Assembly: GCF_006345805.1 (NCBI RefSeq)
Contig: NC_043007.1
Location: forward strand, 45,384,001 to 45,448,000
Source: Octopus sinensis
Lineage: Eukaryota
DNA: 64,000 nucleotides
Direction of reading: 5' to 3'
Made by a program: the position numbers and the translations under genes. A model generated the notes under the pieces. It saw only the letters and a list, made by a program, of their open reading frames with translations. It was not told the origin of the DNA and did not search any database. The stretch's first letter is position 1. Each line of letters starts with the position of its first letter. Shown here one piece after another: positions 1 through 12,967 of the stretch.

Positions 1-223
1 AAATAGGATATTTCGGTTGTGTTCACACACAGGAAACCAACCCTATGAGTGATTAGCGATCAAGGGGCTGGTCCAAATGTCTCGTTACTTTGAACAATAC
101 GTTCTTGGTATACTCAAGGGTGTCCTACATGTCGTAAGTCCCCCTGGTGTGTTATAATCAAAACTGAATAATAACAAACGATGGGTAATTGTCCATCGTT
201 TGTTATTATTCATTTGATTATAA

Positions 224-400
224 GGCGGCGAGCTGGCAGAATCGTCAGCACGGCGGGCGGAATGCTTAGCGGTAGTTCGTCTGTCTTTCTGTTCTAAGTT
301 TAAATTCCGCCGAGGTCGACTTTACCTCTCATCCTTCGGGATCAATAAATTAAGTATCAGTGAAATTCTGGTGTCGATCTAATCGCCTGGCTCCCTCCCA
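224..400 (+). mobile_element. tRNA-derived SINE, family A (GGCGGCGAGCTGGCAG head), diverged copy
   Basis: Head GGCGGCGAGCTGGCAGAATCG, B-box-like GTTTAAATTCC and central CCTCTCATCCTTCGGGATCAATAAATTAAGTATCAG; the same pattern recurs more than 12 times in the window. The central block resembles Deu/Nin-type SINE cores (recall, unverified). Confidence 0.85.
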
Positions 401-441
401 CCAAGTTTCAAAAATATATATATATATTTCAGATATATATA

Positions 442-475
<34 letters not shown>

Positions 476-1693
476 CCCACTGAATCAGGACTTTTAATAA
501 AAAGGGCAGCCTCCTGTTAGGATCGAATATAATATACCCGTGTATCAACAGTGCATATAGTTACTCACTCGTATATCAATGTATATACGGATTCGCTTAC
601 ATACACATTCACATAAACAAATCTTGATAAGCATCGATGTAAATATGCATATATATGTAAAATCACAAACAGGCGCACGCTGTTATGCAGTATCACGGTC
701 CACTGTCAGTTCCACATCTAAAGTAGGAAAGGTTCCAGGTATCATGTAAAATAAATATGATGAAGGTCCCAACAACTGTTTCAAACACACTTTTTATAGA
801 TAAACCACAAATCAAATACATCATAAAAATAAAACCTTTTCTTAAGGTGAATAAAAGTTTAAATCCAAAATTTAACATTTGAGATTTGGCACATAAAGAA
901 TATATTTTTTGACTTCCTCATCAGGGTGACAATCAAAGAGTGAATATAAACCTTTCTCCTATATAATATCTGACTACGATCTGTATATTCATTCTTTGAT
1001 AGTCATGAAGATGAAGGAGTTAAAATTTATATTCGTTATGAACTAAATCTTATATGCTAAATTTTGAGTTCATATGTTTATTGAGTTCAAGAAAACGATG
1101 CAGTTGATGTAATTGGTCTGTTCACCAATAAAAAGAAATCACGTCCGAAATAGTTGTAGTGAATCTCAACCAATTTGTGTTTTGAATTATATATATATAT
1201 AGCTCAAATTTACAGAAATCAGAAAACGAAGTAAGGCGAGGGAACACGAGTATGTGCACTAGTTTGACGCTAGAGAAGAATGGAGATATAAATATATGAA
1301 TATACATGCCTGTGTGTATACATGCATATATTTTTCATTTATGAAAACCAAACAGGAACGATAGATAGCTGATATATAACCTTACCGTCTGTAAAAATGA
1401 ATATTTATGTCATTTCGTTTTTATTTTTGATACTCTCTTTTTGGAATACAAAATGATTTTTGCAAATCATTTTAAAGGAAACCTAATTCACCTTAAGGTG
1501 TAATGGAAAGTTAATCAGAAGTTAATAAGAAATAAAAATGCAATATTGAATTATTAGAGAAAACGGAACGTTAAATATGTTTTTCCTCCTAAGGTATCAG
1601 TAATTTATCTGTAGAAAAAGTATTTGTATTTTTGTAAAATTGACTGAAGTCATTAATTCTAAGTCTGATATTTCAATTTTAGTGTGATGTTAA

Positions 1694-2370
1694 TCTATAT
1701 ATGTAAAACAAAGAATGTGCGTGAGTGTGTGTCTGTGTGTGTGTGTGTATGTGTAGTACGTATGCATTTCTACAGTTTTCAACCGATTTTAACCAAACTT
1801 TGCACATACATTATTTATGCACCATGGATGGTCAGGGGATATAACATTTTGCCCAGCATAATACAATAACCGACCGTCATTTTCACATGTTTTTTTTTGT
1901 AAAAATTGTAGTTTTCACTAGATTCTCTCCTTTTAACTTATGCAGTTTTCAAGTGATTCTCTCCCCTTTCTTTCTCTGTTTATTTATCTCTTCTCTTTCT
2001 CACACCTCCTGCAATACTTCCTCTCTTTGAGTCTATGTCTGTTTCATTCACTCACTCACTCACTCACTAACTCAGTTACTCTCTCTCTCGGTCGTCCGTA
2101 AATATCTTTGTATTCACGCTATTTGCATGTTCTCACTAAAACATTACTATACTTATTTTAAATTATTTACACTCCGTCTATTTAACTACACTATTTACAT
2201 TTCTCCCTCTATCGAAAACCGTTGTGATACAGCCGATAAGCCTTCATTACTAACCAATGAGAATTCAACCACGCCATTGAGCGTTCATGCGTTAGAAAAA
2301 GATATCCTAAAGTGGCTCGAGTTTTTTCTCTAACCCATTTTTTCTACAGCTTTATACGCTGATATGGGTC
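1694..2370 (+). mobile_element. Non-autonomous Helitron/HINE-like element (3' end uncertain)
   Basis: A|TC 5' start (TCTATATATGTAAAA), then a GT microsatellite and ACCGATTTTAACCAAACTTTG. Same architecture as 58867-59232. Confidence 0.45.
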
Positions 2371-2863
2371 TTGTAACTTCTGTCTACAAATTAACTTCCT
2401 TACGTGATATAATATTATTTCACTTTTATTCTTTCACTTTTAATTCTAATGTGATAAGACTATTATATTGTTTCATTTTATGTGGGTGTGTTTCCGCGTT
2501 CGATACGTACGAGATAGTAAAGGACATTTTATACCCCGACGACGACGACGTCACACATACGAGTGTATATGTGTCTCTGAGTGTATGTATTTAGGTGTAT
2601 GAGTGTGTATGTCTCTCTGATTGTGTGTGTGTTTCCGGGTTAGGTTCGTTATTAAACATACAAACGCCACATCTAGACATACATATATACGTGTGACGAC
2701 TGACATGCGTGAATGTATTGCTGCATGTGTCTCTCTTATTATATGTATGTGACAGTATGTGCGAGTGAAAGTGTGCGTATCGTCACAATTTGAATATGAA
2801 TGTGTATGTGTCTGTGAGTGTGTGTTTGCGCGCCCGTTACGTACGTTATTAAGCACATTTATA

Positions 2864-3545
2864 CAAGAGGTGGACAAAATAAGGGAAACACCTAGCATCA
2901 TTGCATCATAAGTATCCATAAAACCTTCAAAAGCTTGTTTATTTTTATGGGTTATTTTTATTTATTATTACTATTGCTTACTATGTTTTGCTAAAATTGC
3001 TGTTTCTTTTCAAATATCATCAGAAAAAGGTTATTTAAAATTCATTAAAATGACAGATCTATCGGACTTTCAAAGAGGTCAAATTCTTGATGCTCGTATG
3101 GCAGGCGCTAGCGTAACGAAAACAGACGAAATGTTTGGTGTATCAAGACATACTATCTCCAAAGTAATGACAGCCTTTGAGAAAGGAGGAAAACCTCCTC
3201 GTCGAAGCAAAACACCGGAAGAAAACCAAAACTTTCAGATAGGAACTGTCGGACTCTTACAGGAATTGTTAGGAAGGATCTCACAAGTACAGCTCCCAAA
3301 ATTACTGCAGAGCTTAATGACCACCCCGAGCCCAGTTTCCACAAAAACTGTTCGCCGGGAGTTGCACGAAGCCGGATTTCACGGGAGGGCTGTAATCAAA
3401 AGACCACTACTTTAAAAAAAAAAACGTTGCAAAGCATTTACAGTGGAGTACAATCTGACAGAATTGGTCCCTAGAGCAGGGGAAGAATGATATTTTCTCG
3501 GCCGAAACCAATTTTGAGCCATTGTGCATTCGTCCCAAACAATTA
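2864..3545 (+). mobile_element. Tc1-like DNA transposon, 5' half with frameshifted transposase N-terminus
   Basis: TA + CAAGAGGTGGACAAAATAAGGGAAACACC (TIR-like). ORF 3050-3415 reads MTDLSDFQRGQILDARMAGASVTKT..GVSR..ISKVMTAF (paired-like HTH) and VSTKTVRRELHEAGFHGR..KRPLL (second HTH). No DDE domain or right TIR. Confidence 0.85.
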
Positions 3546-3716
3546 GGAGGCAGATCTTTAACACCAATGCTTTTTCCGGAAGACTTGCATGTTGGACATG
3601 GGTGTGTCAGATGATGCCACATTGAGGGGAAGAGTGAAGGCAGAATGGAGCGTCATGCCGCCAGGCTGCGAAGTTGTTGCAATACTGAAAGAAGCCACGG
3701 CCAATGATGCGATGTT

Positions 3717-3862
<146 letters not shown>

Positions 3863-3927
3863 ATATATATATATATATATATTACATATATATATATACA
3901 TATATATATATATATGTATATATATAT

Positions 3928-3958
<31 letters not shown>

Positions 3959-3984
3959 ATGTATATATATGATTATATATACAT

Positions 3985-4350
3985 GGAAGCACTCCGTCGG
4001 TTACGGCGACGAGGGTTCCGGTTGATCTGAATCAACGGAACAGCCTGCTCGTGAAATTAACGTGTAAGTGGCTGAGCACTCCACAGACACGTGTACCCTT
4101 AATGTAGTTCTCGGGGATATTCAGCGTGACAGAGAGAATGACAAGGCCGGCCCTTTGAAATACAGGTACAACAGAAACAGGAAGTAAGAGTGAGAGAAAG
4201 TTGTGGTGAAAGAGTACAGCAGGGATCACCACCACCCCCTGCCGGAGCCTCGTGGAGCTTTAGGCGTTTTCGCTCAATAAACACTCACAACGCCCGGTCT
4301 GGGAATCGAAACCGCGATCCTATGACCGCGAGTCCGCTGCCCTAACCATA
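3985..4350 (-). mobile_element. tRNA-derived SINE, family C
   Basis: Minus strand reads TGGTTAGGGCAGCGGACTCGCGGTCATAGGATCGCGGTTTCGATTCCC (A/B boxes) followed by a non-tRNA body; 5' parts recur at 16258-16420 and 17481-17646. Confidence 0.8.
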
Positions 4351-4359
4351 TATATATAA

Positions 4360-4390
<31 letters not shown>

Positions 4391-4606
4391 AATATATATA
4401 TATAAATATATAATATGTATATATATATATATATATATACATGTATATATGTATATGTATATATATAATTATATATACATATATATATATATAAATATAT
4501 ATATATATGTATATATATGTGTGTGTGTATGCATGTATGTATAAATATATAAATATATTATATATATTTATATTTATACATACATTACATGCATACACAC
4601 ACACAT

Positions 4607-4679
<73 letters not shown>

Positions 4680-5023
4680 TTTCCAGGGAATTATGTAAAT
4701 CATGGATATGTTCTAAATTGTGTATATGACTCCGATGTATAATGTACATATAGAACATAATGCTCATATAATCGATGACCCCAAATTAACCTTGATCGGA
4801 AGGATGGAAGAGAGAGTGGAGGTAATGCTTGAAATTTGGAATTATGAATTGTTTCTTGTGCATGCAAGCGGAGAGCGTTTCCTCCCTAATGTTCAAAATG
4901 TCCATAATTGATGTTGGAATATTTCATTTTTCCATAATACGGAAGTCGCTATTTGCTTAGCCATTCCCTATATTCCATGACGCGAGCTTGAATATTGAGA
5001 TCCCTTCACATTAAAACCTTAAC

Positions 5024-5087
<64 letters not shown>

Positions 5088-5526
5088 TATATATATTCTG
5101 AAAGTTCGTTTAAGTTTGTTTATTTGTATTTTGAAATTAGCTATTTCATCTTTAAATATGAAAAATTAAATTTATTAGGTTTTTATTATATGTGCATATA
5201 CATTTATTTATAGAGATTATTTTAGATCTTAATTATAATATTTATATACATTTATATATTTTCATTGATAATTTATATATATTAGTCATTTTTAAATATT
5301 TATGTAATTAGTTATAGACTAATACCGATATTAGATAATGGGTGAGTTTCCTACCTTATAAATTAAAATTAATATTTAACATTATAGTCGATTTTGATAT
5401 AATCATAATTGTTAAGTTCTATGTTTCTAGTTTGATAATAGAGTTTATCATAAGTAAAATTATTATATTATTTATATCTTAAAAATATTGTTTAAATATT
5501 TCTGATTATATTTTAGATATTTCAAT

Positions 5527-5595
5527 TACCTGAAGATTGACTGTAACCATAACTCGAATTATTACGAATTGGACAGCCATGAAACGATCGTAGTG
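5527..5595 (+). ncRNA. Hammerhead ribozyme-like motif (type I, U10.1-U11.1 variant)
   Basis: TAC-CTGAAGA-T-TGACTGT..ACAGCCA-T-GAAA-CGATCG-TA-GTG: canonical core, long stem II, palindromic stem III, GUA site, weak stem I. Confidence 0.5.
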
Positions 5596-5727
5596 TTTTA
5601 CTCATTATCTTTTATTAAACTTTTGATATTTTTTATATATATTTAAAATAATATAAATGAATTAATTTTATGTATTGGCTTAAGTTTTTCATTGTTTGAT
5701 TTGCCAAATAGTGGTTTTATCTCTAAT

Positions 5728-5808
<81 letters not shown>

Positions 5809-6254
5809 TGTATATATACACATTTGTGTATGCGAGTGTGCGCGAGTGCATAAGTGTGTGTGTTTGTATATTTGTGTGAGTATGTATGTGAGTGTGTGTG
5901 TATGGATATTATATAAACACATTTAATATACTACACAAATACTCATTAGATATACCAATAAATATTTATTTAATATAAACACGTATACTTATTTCATATA
6001 CAAAAGACACATTCTATATACAGTAGAAACACTTTAGATACACTACATCAACACATATCAAATATACAAAAGATATACGCATCAAATATACAACACAAAG
6101 AAATATGATATGCAATACAAATATAAATTTGATGCCTCACACACTCACTCACAAACATACTCATATAAACATTTGATATTTAAAACAAATATATATTAGA
6201 ATTATCATATACACTAGAAGTATACATTAGATATATCAACACATCGAAAAGATT

Positions 6255-6560
6255 TCCTAAAGAAAACAACAAATTTGTAATAGATCCATGGCCACATTAA
6301 TCTTCCTTATGGAGTAGGATTGTTCAGGCCACGTGGGGTCCCTTGGTAACCACGTGGTAGCGTATTCCCCACAAGACACAGAATTCCTTTGTTGAAAATA
6401 TCTGGACGTTATTATTTTAATTGTTTCGAAGTTTTTATGTAAATAACCCACTGTCCTTTGTCTTTGTATTCTTTTGGTACTATCATAAATGTTTTCCCCA
6501 GCCTTTGTGACCAATAAAGAAACGATTATTATTATTATTATATTATTATTATTATTATTA

Positions 6561-6590
<30 letters not shown>
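6255..6590 (+). mobile_element. L1/Tx1-like 3' UTR remnant with AATAAA and (ATT)n tail
   Basis: CCCAGCCTTTGTGACCAATAAAGAAACGATTATT resembles the 3' end of the Tx1-like copy at 21400-21460. Confidence 0.5.
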
Positions 6591-6591
<1 letters not shown>

Positions 6592-6779
6592 TGAATCGTT
6601 ATCACGCCGGACAGAATGTTTAGCATTTTTGTCCGATATCATTACGTTCTGAGTTCAAATTCCGTGAGATCGACTTTGCCTTTCATCATTTCAGGGTCGA
6701 TGAAATAAATACAATTTGAGTATGTAATCGACTATCCTCCTCTCTCAAAATGTCAGGTCTTGTGCCTTTAGTTGAAAAG

Positions 6780-6862
<83 letters not shown>

Positions 6863-6867
6863 CATCA

Positions 6868-6932
<65 letters not shown>

Positions 6933-7372
6933 GAGTGAGAGAGCAGTGCATGCCTTCAAAGTGACACTGAGGTAAAATATACGAAGCCCAGTATACCCAT
7001 CAGGAATACTGTTAGATAAGGGCACACCAGGCACATGCATCACAACAATATGTGTGCGACATAGTGATCTCATATCAAGATAAACAGCGCATGACCTTGC
7101 AGGTGGGGCTCAGTTTCTTCAGGTCGTGTAGCCCATCCCGCTCAAAAGGTCCCTGAATAAGGGTTGTTTAAGGATGTTGAATAAAATACCCAAGTTTCCA
7201 AACGTGAGTTATCCAACCCCACCAAAATTCATAGCCATGAAAATCCCCCACTATTTCTGCTCGTGATCAGAAATGCACAAATCGTCAGCCACTAAGGGAC
7301 ATTATCAACTGGTTATGGTCAAGCAACTTACAAGAAAATCTGTGGTATAGAGCAGAATAATTGTTGTAGCTC
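6933..7372 (-). mobile_element. Non-autonomous TAA-flanked retroelement (family D), 5'-truncated
   Basis: Reverse complement of 41020-41482 and 45568-46088; (TTA)n on both sides. Confidence 0.8.
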
Positions 7373-7554
7373 CTTATTATTATTATTGTTCAGTATGACT
7401 TAATTTTTGTCACGTGCTTTTATTGCATTACCGAGCGCAGCTCTATGTGCCTTGAGTGTGTGCTGTGGTTTTAATGGCTTTTATTATTATCATAATCATT
7501 ATTATCATACTTCGTCTTCAACAGAAGAGTCTATCATTATTATTACTATTAAGG

Positions 7555-7745
7555 CTGGGAGCTGGTAGAATCGTTACTACGCAGAGACATAATGCTTGGC
7601 GGCATTTTGTCTGTCATTTCATTTTGAGTTCGAATTCCGCTCTGATTTACGTTCCCTTTCATCCTCTCGAGGTCGATATAATAAGTACATGGTGAACAAT
7701 GGTGCTGATGTAGTCGATTAGCTCCCCTATCAAAATTTCTAGAGT
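7555..7745 (+). mobile_element. SINE family A, diverged
   Basis: GCTGGTAGAATCGTTAC..GAGTTCGAATTCCGC..CCTTTCATCCTCTCGAGGTCGATATAATAAGTAC. Confidence 0.75.
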
Positions 7746-7967
7746 TTTGCCTTTAGCGGAAAGGACCTTCTTCTTCTTCTTCTTCTTCTCTTCTTCTTCT
7801 TCTTTCTTCTTCTTCTTCTTGATTGTGTTGTTATTGTTGTTTTGATGGGTATGTTGGTGTCGGTGGTGGCGACCGTTATACTCTCCATGGCATATTTACA
7901 ATAACCTATTTCATTTACAAACCGACATAAAAGTTAATTGCATAAAAAACGAATTTAGACATACAGC

Positions 7968-8002
<35 letters not shown>

Positions 8003-8480
8003 TGTTGTATGTATGTATGTATGTATGTATGTATGCATGTATGTATGTATGTCTGTATGTTTGTATGTATGTATGTATGTATGTATGTATGTATGTGTGT
8101 ATGTGTGTGTGTGTATGTATGAACGTACGTGTGTATGTGTGCGCATACATATCCATATGTATACACAAATATATATGCTTATATATATGGAGAGAGAAAA
8201 AGAGAAAGAGATGTATTTGTGTGTAATGGTAATACATCAGGCGTGTAGTGGTAATCGAACATGACATTTGATAGCTGATTGAACGTTAGCGTCCAGGGAA
8301 CAGAATTAAATGTCGTTCCCTTGTATTATTAACCATAAACTAAACTATCATTAAACCATCGCAAGATGGCATCACATACTATCAGTGTTCCTGTTAATGG
8401 CTTTTTCAGGGGAGGAATTATAGCAGTCGTAATAACTTCCATGACTTTATTGATTGTGGTCAAGAATATATATATATATT

Positions 8481-8522
<42 letters not shown>

Positions 8523-8734
8523 AGAGAGGATAGCATCAATAGAGCGGAGATACATGACTTAGTATTCCGCGTAGCATGAATCTGTTAGTCTACTATATGA
8601 CATTATTAAACGCGGCCAGGAAGGGCAAAGATTATATTACGCCAATCATGCCATAAAATACATATACAGCGTAACTTGCTACATGTGTCCTCCAACATGT
8701 TAAATATAGCCGACAAATCTTTCTCAAAGTGTGG

Positions 8735-9125
8735 ACATGTGGTAAGAAGATTGCTTCTCAACCACATGATTCCAGGCTCAGTCTCACTGCATGGCACCTT
8801 GGCCAAGTGTTTTCTACAGTAGTCTCAGTTCAACCGAAGCCTTGTGAGTGGATTTAGTACACGGATGCTCAAAGAAGCCCTTCGTATATATTAGTAAATA
8901 TGTATGTTTGTGTGTATTTTGCAGATAATTTTCCTGCACCATCGCTGGTGCCGATGTGTTTGCTTTCCTGTAACTTAGCGATTTGGCAAAACAGTCAGAT
9001 GGAATAAGAAACATGCTTAAAAAATAAGTCCTGGGGTCGACTTGTTCGACTAAAACCCTTCAAGACGGTACCCCATCATGGTCGCAGTCAGATGTTTGAA
9101 ACAATTAACAATTAAAAGAAAGAGA
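8735..9125 (+). mobile_element. tRNA-derived SINE family B (CORE-like GGCACCTTGGGCAAGTG block)
   Basis: Collinear with the better copy at 30818-31212. Confidence 0.75.
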
Positions 9126-9255
9126 TAAAAATCACACACGGTCGATGGAATTACCGATTCCCCATCGTAAGACTACAGAAATGCACCGTTTGAAAATGTT
9201 TATATGATTACAGTGAGATACATTCATTTCTATTATTTTTTCGCAGCATAACACG

Positions 9256-9425
9256 GAGAACTGGCGGAATCGTTAGCACATCGGGCGAAATGCTTAGCCG
9301 TATTTCGTCTGCTTTCACATTTTCCTTTCATCTTTTCGGGATCGATAAATCAAGTACCTCTGAAACACCGAAGGCGATGTAATCGACTAATCCCTTCGCC
9401 CAAATTTTAGTACTTGTACCTATAG
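9256..9425 (+). mobile_element. SINE family A, diverged
   Basis: GAACTGGCGGAATCGTTAGCAC..GTATTTCGTCTG..TTTCATCTTTTCGGGATCGATAAATCAAGTAC. Confidence 0.75.
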
Positions 9426-9724
9426 TAGAAAATTTTTTTTTCGAAATATTTCAAGCAATTATTGCTCGATGCGTGTAGCAATTCTACACAAAGTAATTTA
9501 TCATTTATCTCAACATTAATTCGATTCATTAACCCATATTTCAAATAAGGTATTCATTGAAACTACGAATATTGACGTTTTGTGCTAGGAATATGCACAT
9601 TCAGAGGCATGTTTTATATCTTCTCTTGTTCAAGTTTACTGTTTTTGTCATGAGGTTCAGGTCATCCTGGAGAACTGCATTAAAGAATTTTAGTCGAATG
9701 CGTATCGACCACTTCGAATTTCTC

Positions 9725-9854
9725 ATTTTATTAAGCCAGGTACTTATTCTATCGGTATCTTTTGCCGACGCAACAAGCTGTGGGAACGTCAACACACCAA
9801 CACCGGTTGTCGAGTGGTGGTGTTGGAAAAATACTGACGTAAAAGACGCAAATG

Positions 9855-9937
<83 letters not shown>

Positions 9938-10360
9938 GTCAAAACCTACATATACATGCATACATATACACACACACACACATATATGCATACAAGGTGG
10001 ACCAAAAGTAGATATAAAGTTATCACGTAGGCACTTTAATATTCTTTTAAAACATTTTATTACATTGCAATTTCTATCTTACAAACTGAAAAGGGAGCTT
10101 CCTAAAATTAACTAATAGCATAGAATAATAGTTTCATATTTTATTGTAATTAAGATCTAAATTGTTAATATCTGAATGAAAAAGAGCCAGTGGAATAACT
10201 AAACCTACTTTTGGGCCACCCTGTATATATATGATGGGCTTCCTTCAGTTTCCCTCTACCTTTGGTCGGGCCGAGGCGATAGTAAAAGGCATTCGCTCAT
10301 ACTGCATCGTAGTGGGACAGAACCTGGAACCATGTTGTTTGGAAACCACTCAGCTACGCC
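9725..10360 (-). mobile_element. SINE family B split by a (TCTA)n tract and a MITE
   Basis: 3' half at 9725-9850 and 5' half at 10226-10360 match family B in reverse. Confidence 0.7.
9993..10223. mobile_element. Tc1/mariner-type MITE (231 bp)
   Basis: TIRs CAAGGTGGACCAAAAGTAGAT (9993-10013) and ACCTACTTTTGGGCCACCCTG (10203-10223), 3 mismatches, TA on both sides, AT-rich non-coding interior. Confidence 0.85.
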
Positions 10361-10452
10361 TGAGCCTATGTTCATAGATTAAGCACGTGTATATATTATA
10401 TATATAATAATATATACATATATATATATACATATATATATATGTATGTATG

Positions 10453-10490
<38 letters not shown>

Positions 10491-10523
10491 ATATATATAT
10501 ATATATACACACATATATATATA

Positions 10524-10628
<105 letters not shown>

Positions 10629-11132
10629 TGTGTATGTATGTATATATATATAGGAGCAGGAGCGGCTGTGTGGCAAGGAAACTGGTTCCCAACCACATTG
10701 TTCCGGATTCAGTCCCACCTAAGCTCAACGCAGCTCCGACAGAAAGTAATGGCAAACTTCTGCTGTCTCTTTCGCCACAGCTTTCTCTTACTTTCTCCTC
10801 CTGCATCTACCAGGTCACCTGTGACGGGCACGCGCCCCGTCTAGGTGGGGACTGTGTGCACCAATGGAACGGGGGACAGGCCTTTATGATCCAGGCATGG
10901 ATCGAGAAGGAACAAACAACAACAAGATCTATAAATTCTATTGCATATTTAAGTAGCCGCAATATACTCCGCTAACTACACTGCAATTAGACAATTAAAA
11001 ACTTTAGTGGACTGATAACTTAACTACTCGATGTAGATATAGATGTGTGTGTGTGTATATGTATGTGCATATATATATTATATATATAATATATATAATA
11101 TATATATATATATATACATATATATACATTAT

Positions 11133-11195
<63 letters not shown>

Positions 11196-11259
11196 TCCCG
11201 GGTTGATTCGGGGTTAACCACAGTAAATAAGGTACTCAATACATAGCAGAGTAAAATTA

Positions 11260-11381
11260 ATTTATTATATAGAAGGAGCTTCTACAGGACTAGAACTGTT
11301 TCATTCAAGAGAAATCTTCCTGAAGATTTCTCTTGAATGAAACAGTTCTAGTCCTGTAGAAGCTCCTTCTATATAATAAAT
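11260..11381. repeat. Perfect 60-bp palindrome (2-nt loop) in a Penelope-like terminal fragment
   Basis: Arms 11260-11319 and 11322-11381 are exact reverse complements; the right arm starts with a hammerhead-like core CTGAAGA-T-TTC-TCTT-GAA-T-GAAA. Confidence 0.9.
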
Positions 11382-11469
<88 letters not shown>

Positions 11470-11521
11470 CAAGCACGAATGCATAGGTGTATATGTTTAC
11501 ATGCATAAAACATACCTAGGA

Positions 11522-11559
<38 letters not shown>

Positions 11560-11585
11560 CATATCTATATATCTGTCTATCTATC

Positions 11586-11683
<98 letters not shown>

Positions 11684-11944
11684 CCTATGCCTTTTGCTGG
11701 TGTTGCTCTTTAGATATAGCCAGACTAATTGTAACCGAAATTTATATAAATATCTAAGCATCTAAGTATATACAAGTATTAGTGAACGGACGAACGGAAA
11801 CTGCACTCAACACTGAGACGGAGGTGTGTGGAATGAGTAAAAGATTGATTCTTATTACTCAGTGCTAACACATGTGCACACACACATACACACACAAACA
11901 AATATATACATGCCTATACATATGTATGTATATTTATTTAAAAG

Positions 11945-12570
11945 ACAGGTGGCTGAAAATTTGATAGACTGACTATGAAGGAAGTATACAGGAACCTTGA
12001 AATACTAAATCATGGATTAATTTCAACTCTTCTCATTAATAACAGCATTGTTTCTTTGCAGGGAAACATACATCTGACAAAATTGGGTATCGTCGTCGTA
12101 CGAAGTCCCCGCAGAAAAAGTGTAGTCCCCCAAGGACATTCATGCAGAAAGACTTGCTACATTACGGGACGACACTTCAGCTCTATCAACAGTGTAAAAA
12201 TGAGCAGTTGAATTTAGGAAGGAAACGGAGAGTTTCGAAGATGACCTTAGGTCTGGAGTTCTGCAACTGCCACCACCGAGGAAAATATTGATCGTGTTAA
12301 CCGCATGATGATGGATGACTGGCGATTGACTATAAATATAACTGGCTGATCACCCTCCCTATTCTAATATGGCCATATCTGTTATCTGTTCCCCAACATA
12401 AAAAAGACACTTGGCTAAAAAGCAGTATCTCAGTGGTGATGACGTTTTATCTGATATCAGCATTTTCAACCAACAAAATGGAAGCAATGCAACACCGATG
12501 GAAGAAGTGTGTCGACTGCAAGAGGGATGACGTTGAAAAAATAAACTTCATTTGGTCACATTCATCGATG
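11945..12570 (+). mobile_element. Mariner transposase relic with internal deletion
   Basis: Across frameshifts: DKIGYR..PKDIHA..ATLRDD.SALSTV..EFRK..SFEDD.RSG..ATTEENIDRV..MMDD.RLT, then DHPPYS..A.S..LFPN.KK.L and QHRWKKCVD.K.D.VEK. The catalytic middle is missing. Confidence 0.85.
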
Positions 12571-12603
12571 TTTTATATATATATTTTTTCGGGTGTATAT
12601 AAT

Positions 12604-12657
<54 letters not shown>

Positions 12658-12689
12658 GTGTGTGTATGTGTGTGTGTGTGTGTGTAGGG

Positions 12690-12870
12690 GAGAATTCACG
12701 AAAAAAGCACAAGACTAAGACAGATGGTGTATAAAACCATCAGATGTATTAGTATAACGCTCGGGAATGAAAAAGTCTTTTACGTTTCGAGCCTACGCTC
12801 TTCCACAGAAAGGAAGACAAAGAAACAAGGAGAGAAAAAATGTGTGTAGTGGCTACCGATCTATCATGGC
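12690..12870 (-). mobile_element. Penelope-like terminal fragment with hammerhead-like motif (12775-12818)
   Basis: Minus: CTTT-CTGTGGAA-GAGC-GTAG-GCTC-GAAA-CG-TA-AAAG. All stems pair; the core has A6>U and an extra A after A9. Confidence 0.55.
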
Positions 12871-12910
12871 GACTGATATGTCTGTATATATATATATATA
12901 TATTATATAT

Positions 12911-12967
<57 letters not shown>

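Noticed and set aside
1-150. Possible LINE 3' end or minus-strand hammerhead at the window edge
   Set aside because: Only vague similarity; the core would need 3 substitutions and the context is truncated.
4270-4350. tRNA gene (also the heads at 224, 16340-16420 and 30818)
   Set aside because: A/B boxes run into SINE bodies; no complete acceptor stem or terminator.
9557-10030. 157-aa ORF
   Set aside because: Runs through an antisense SINE, a TCTA tract and a MITE end.
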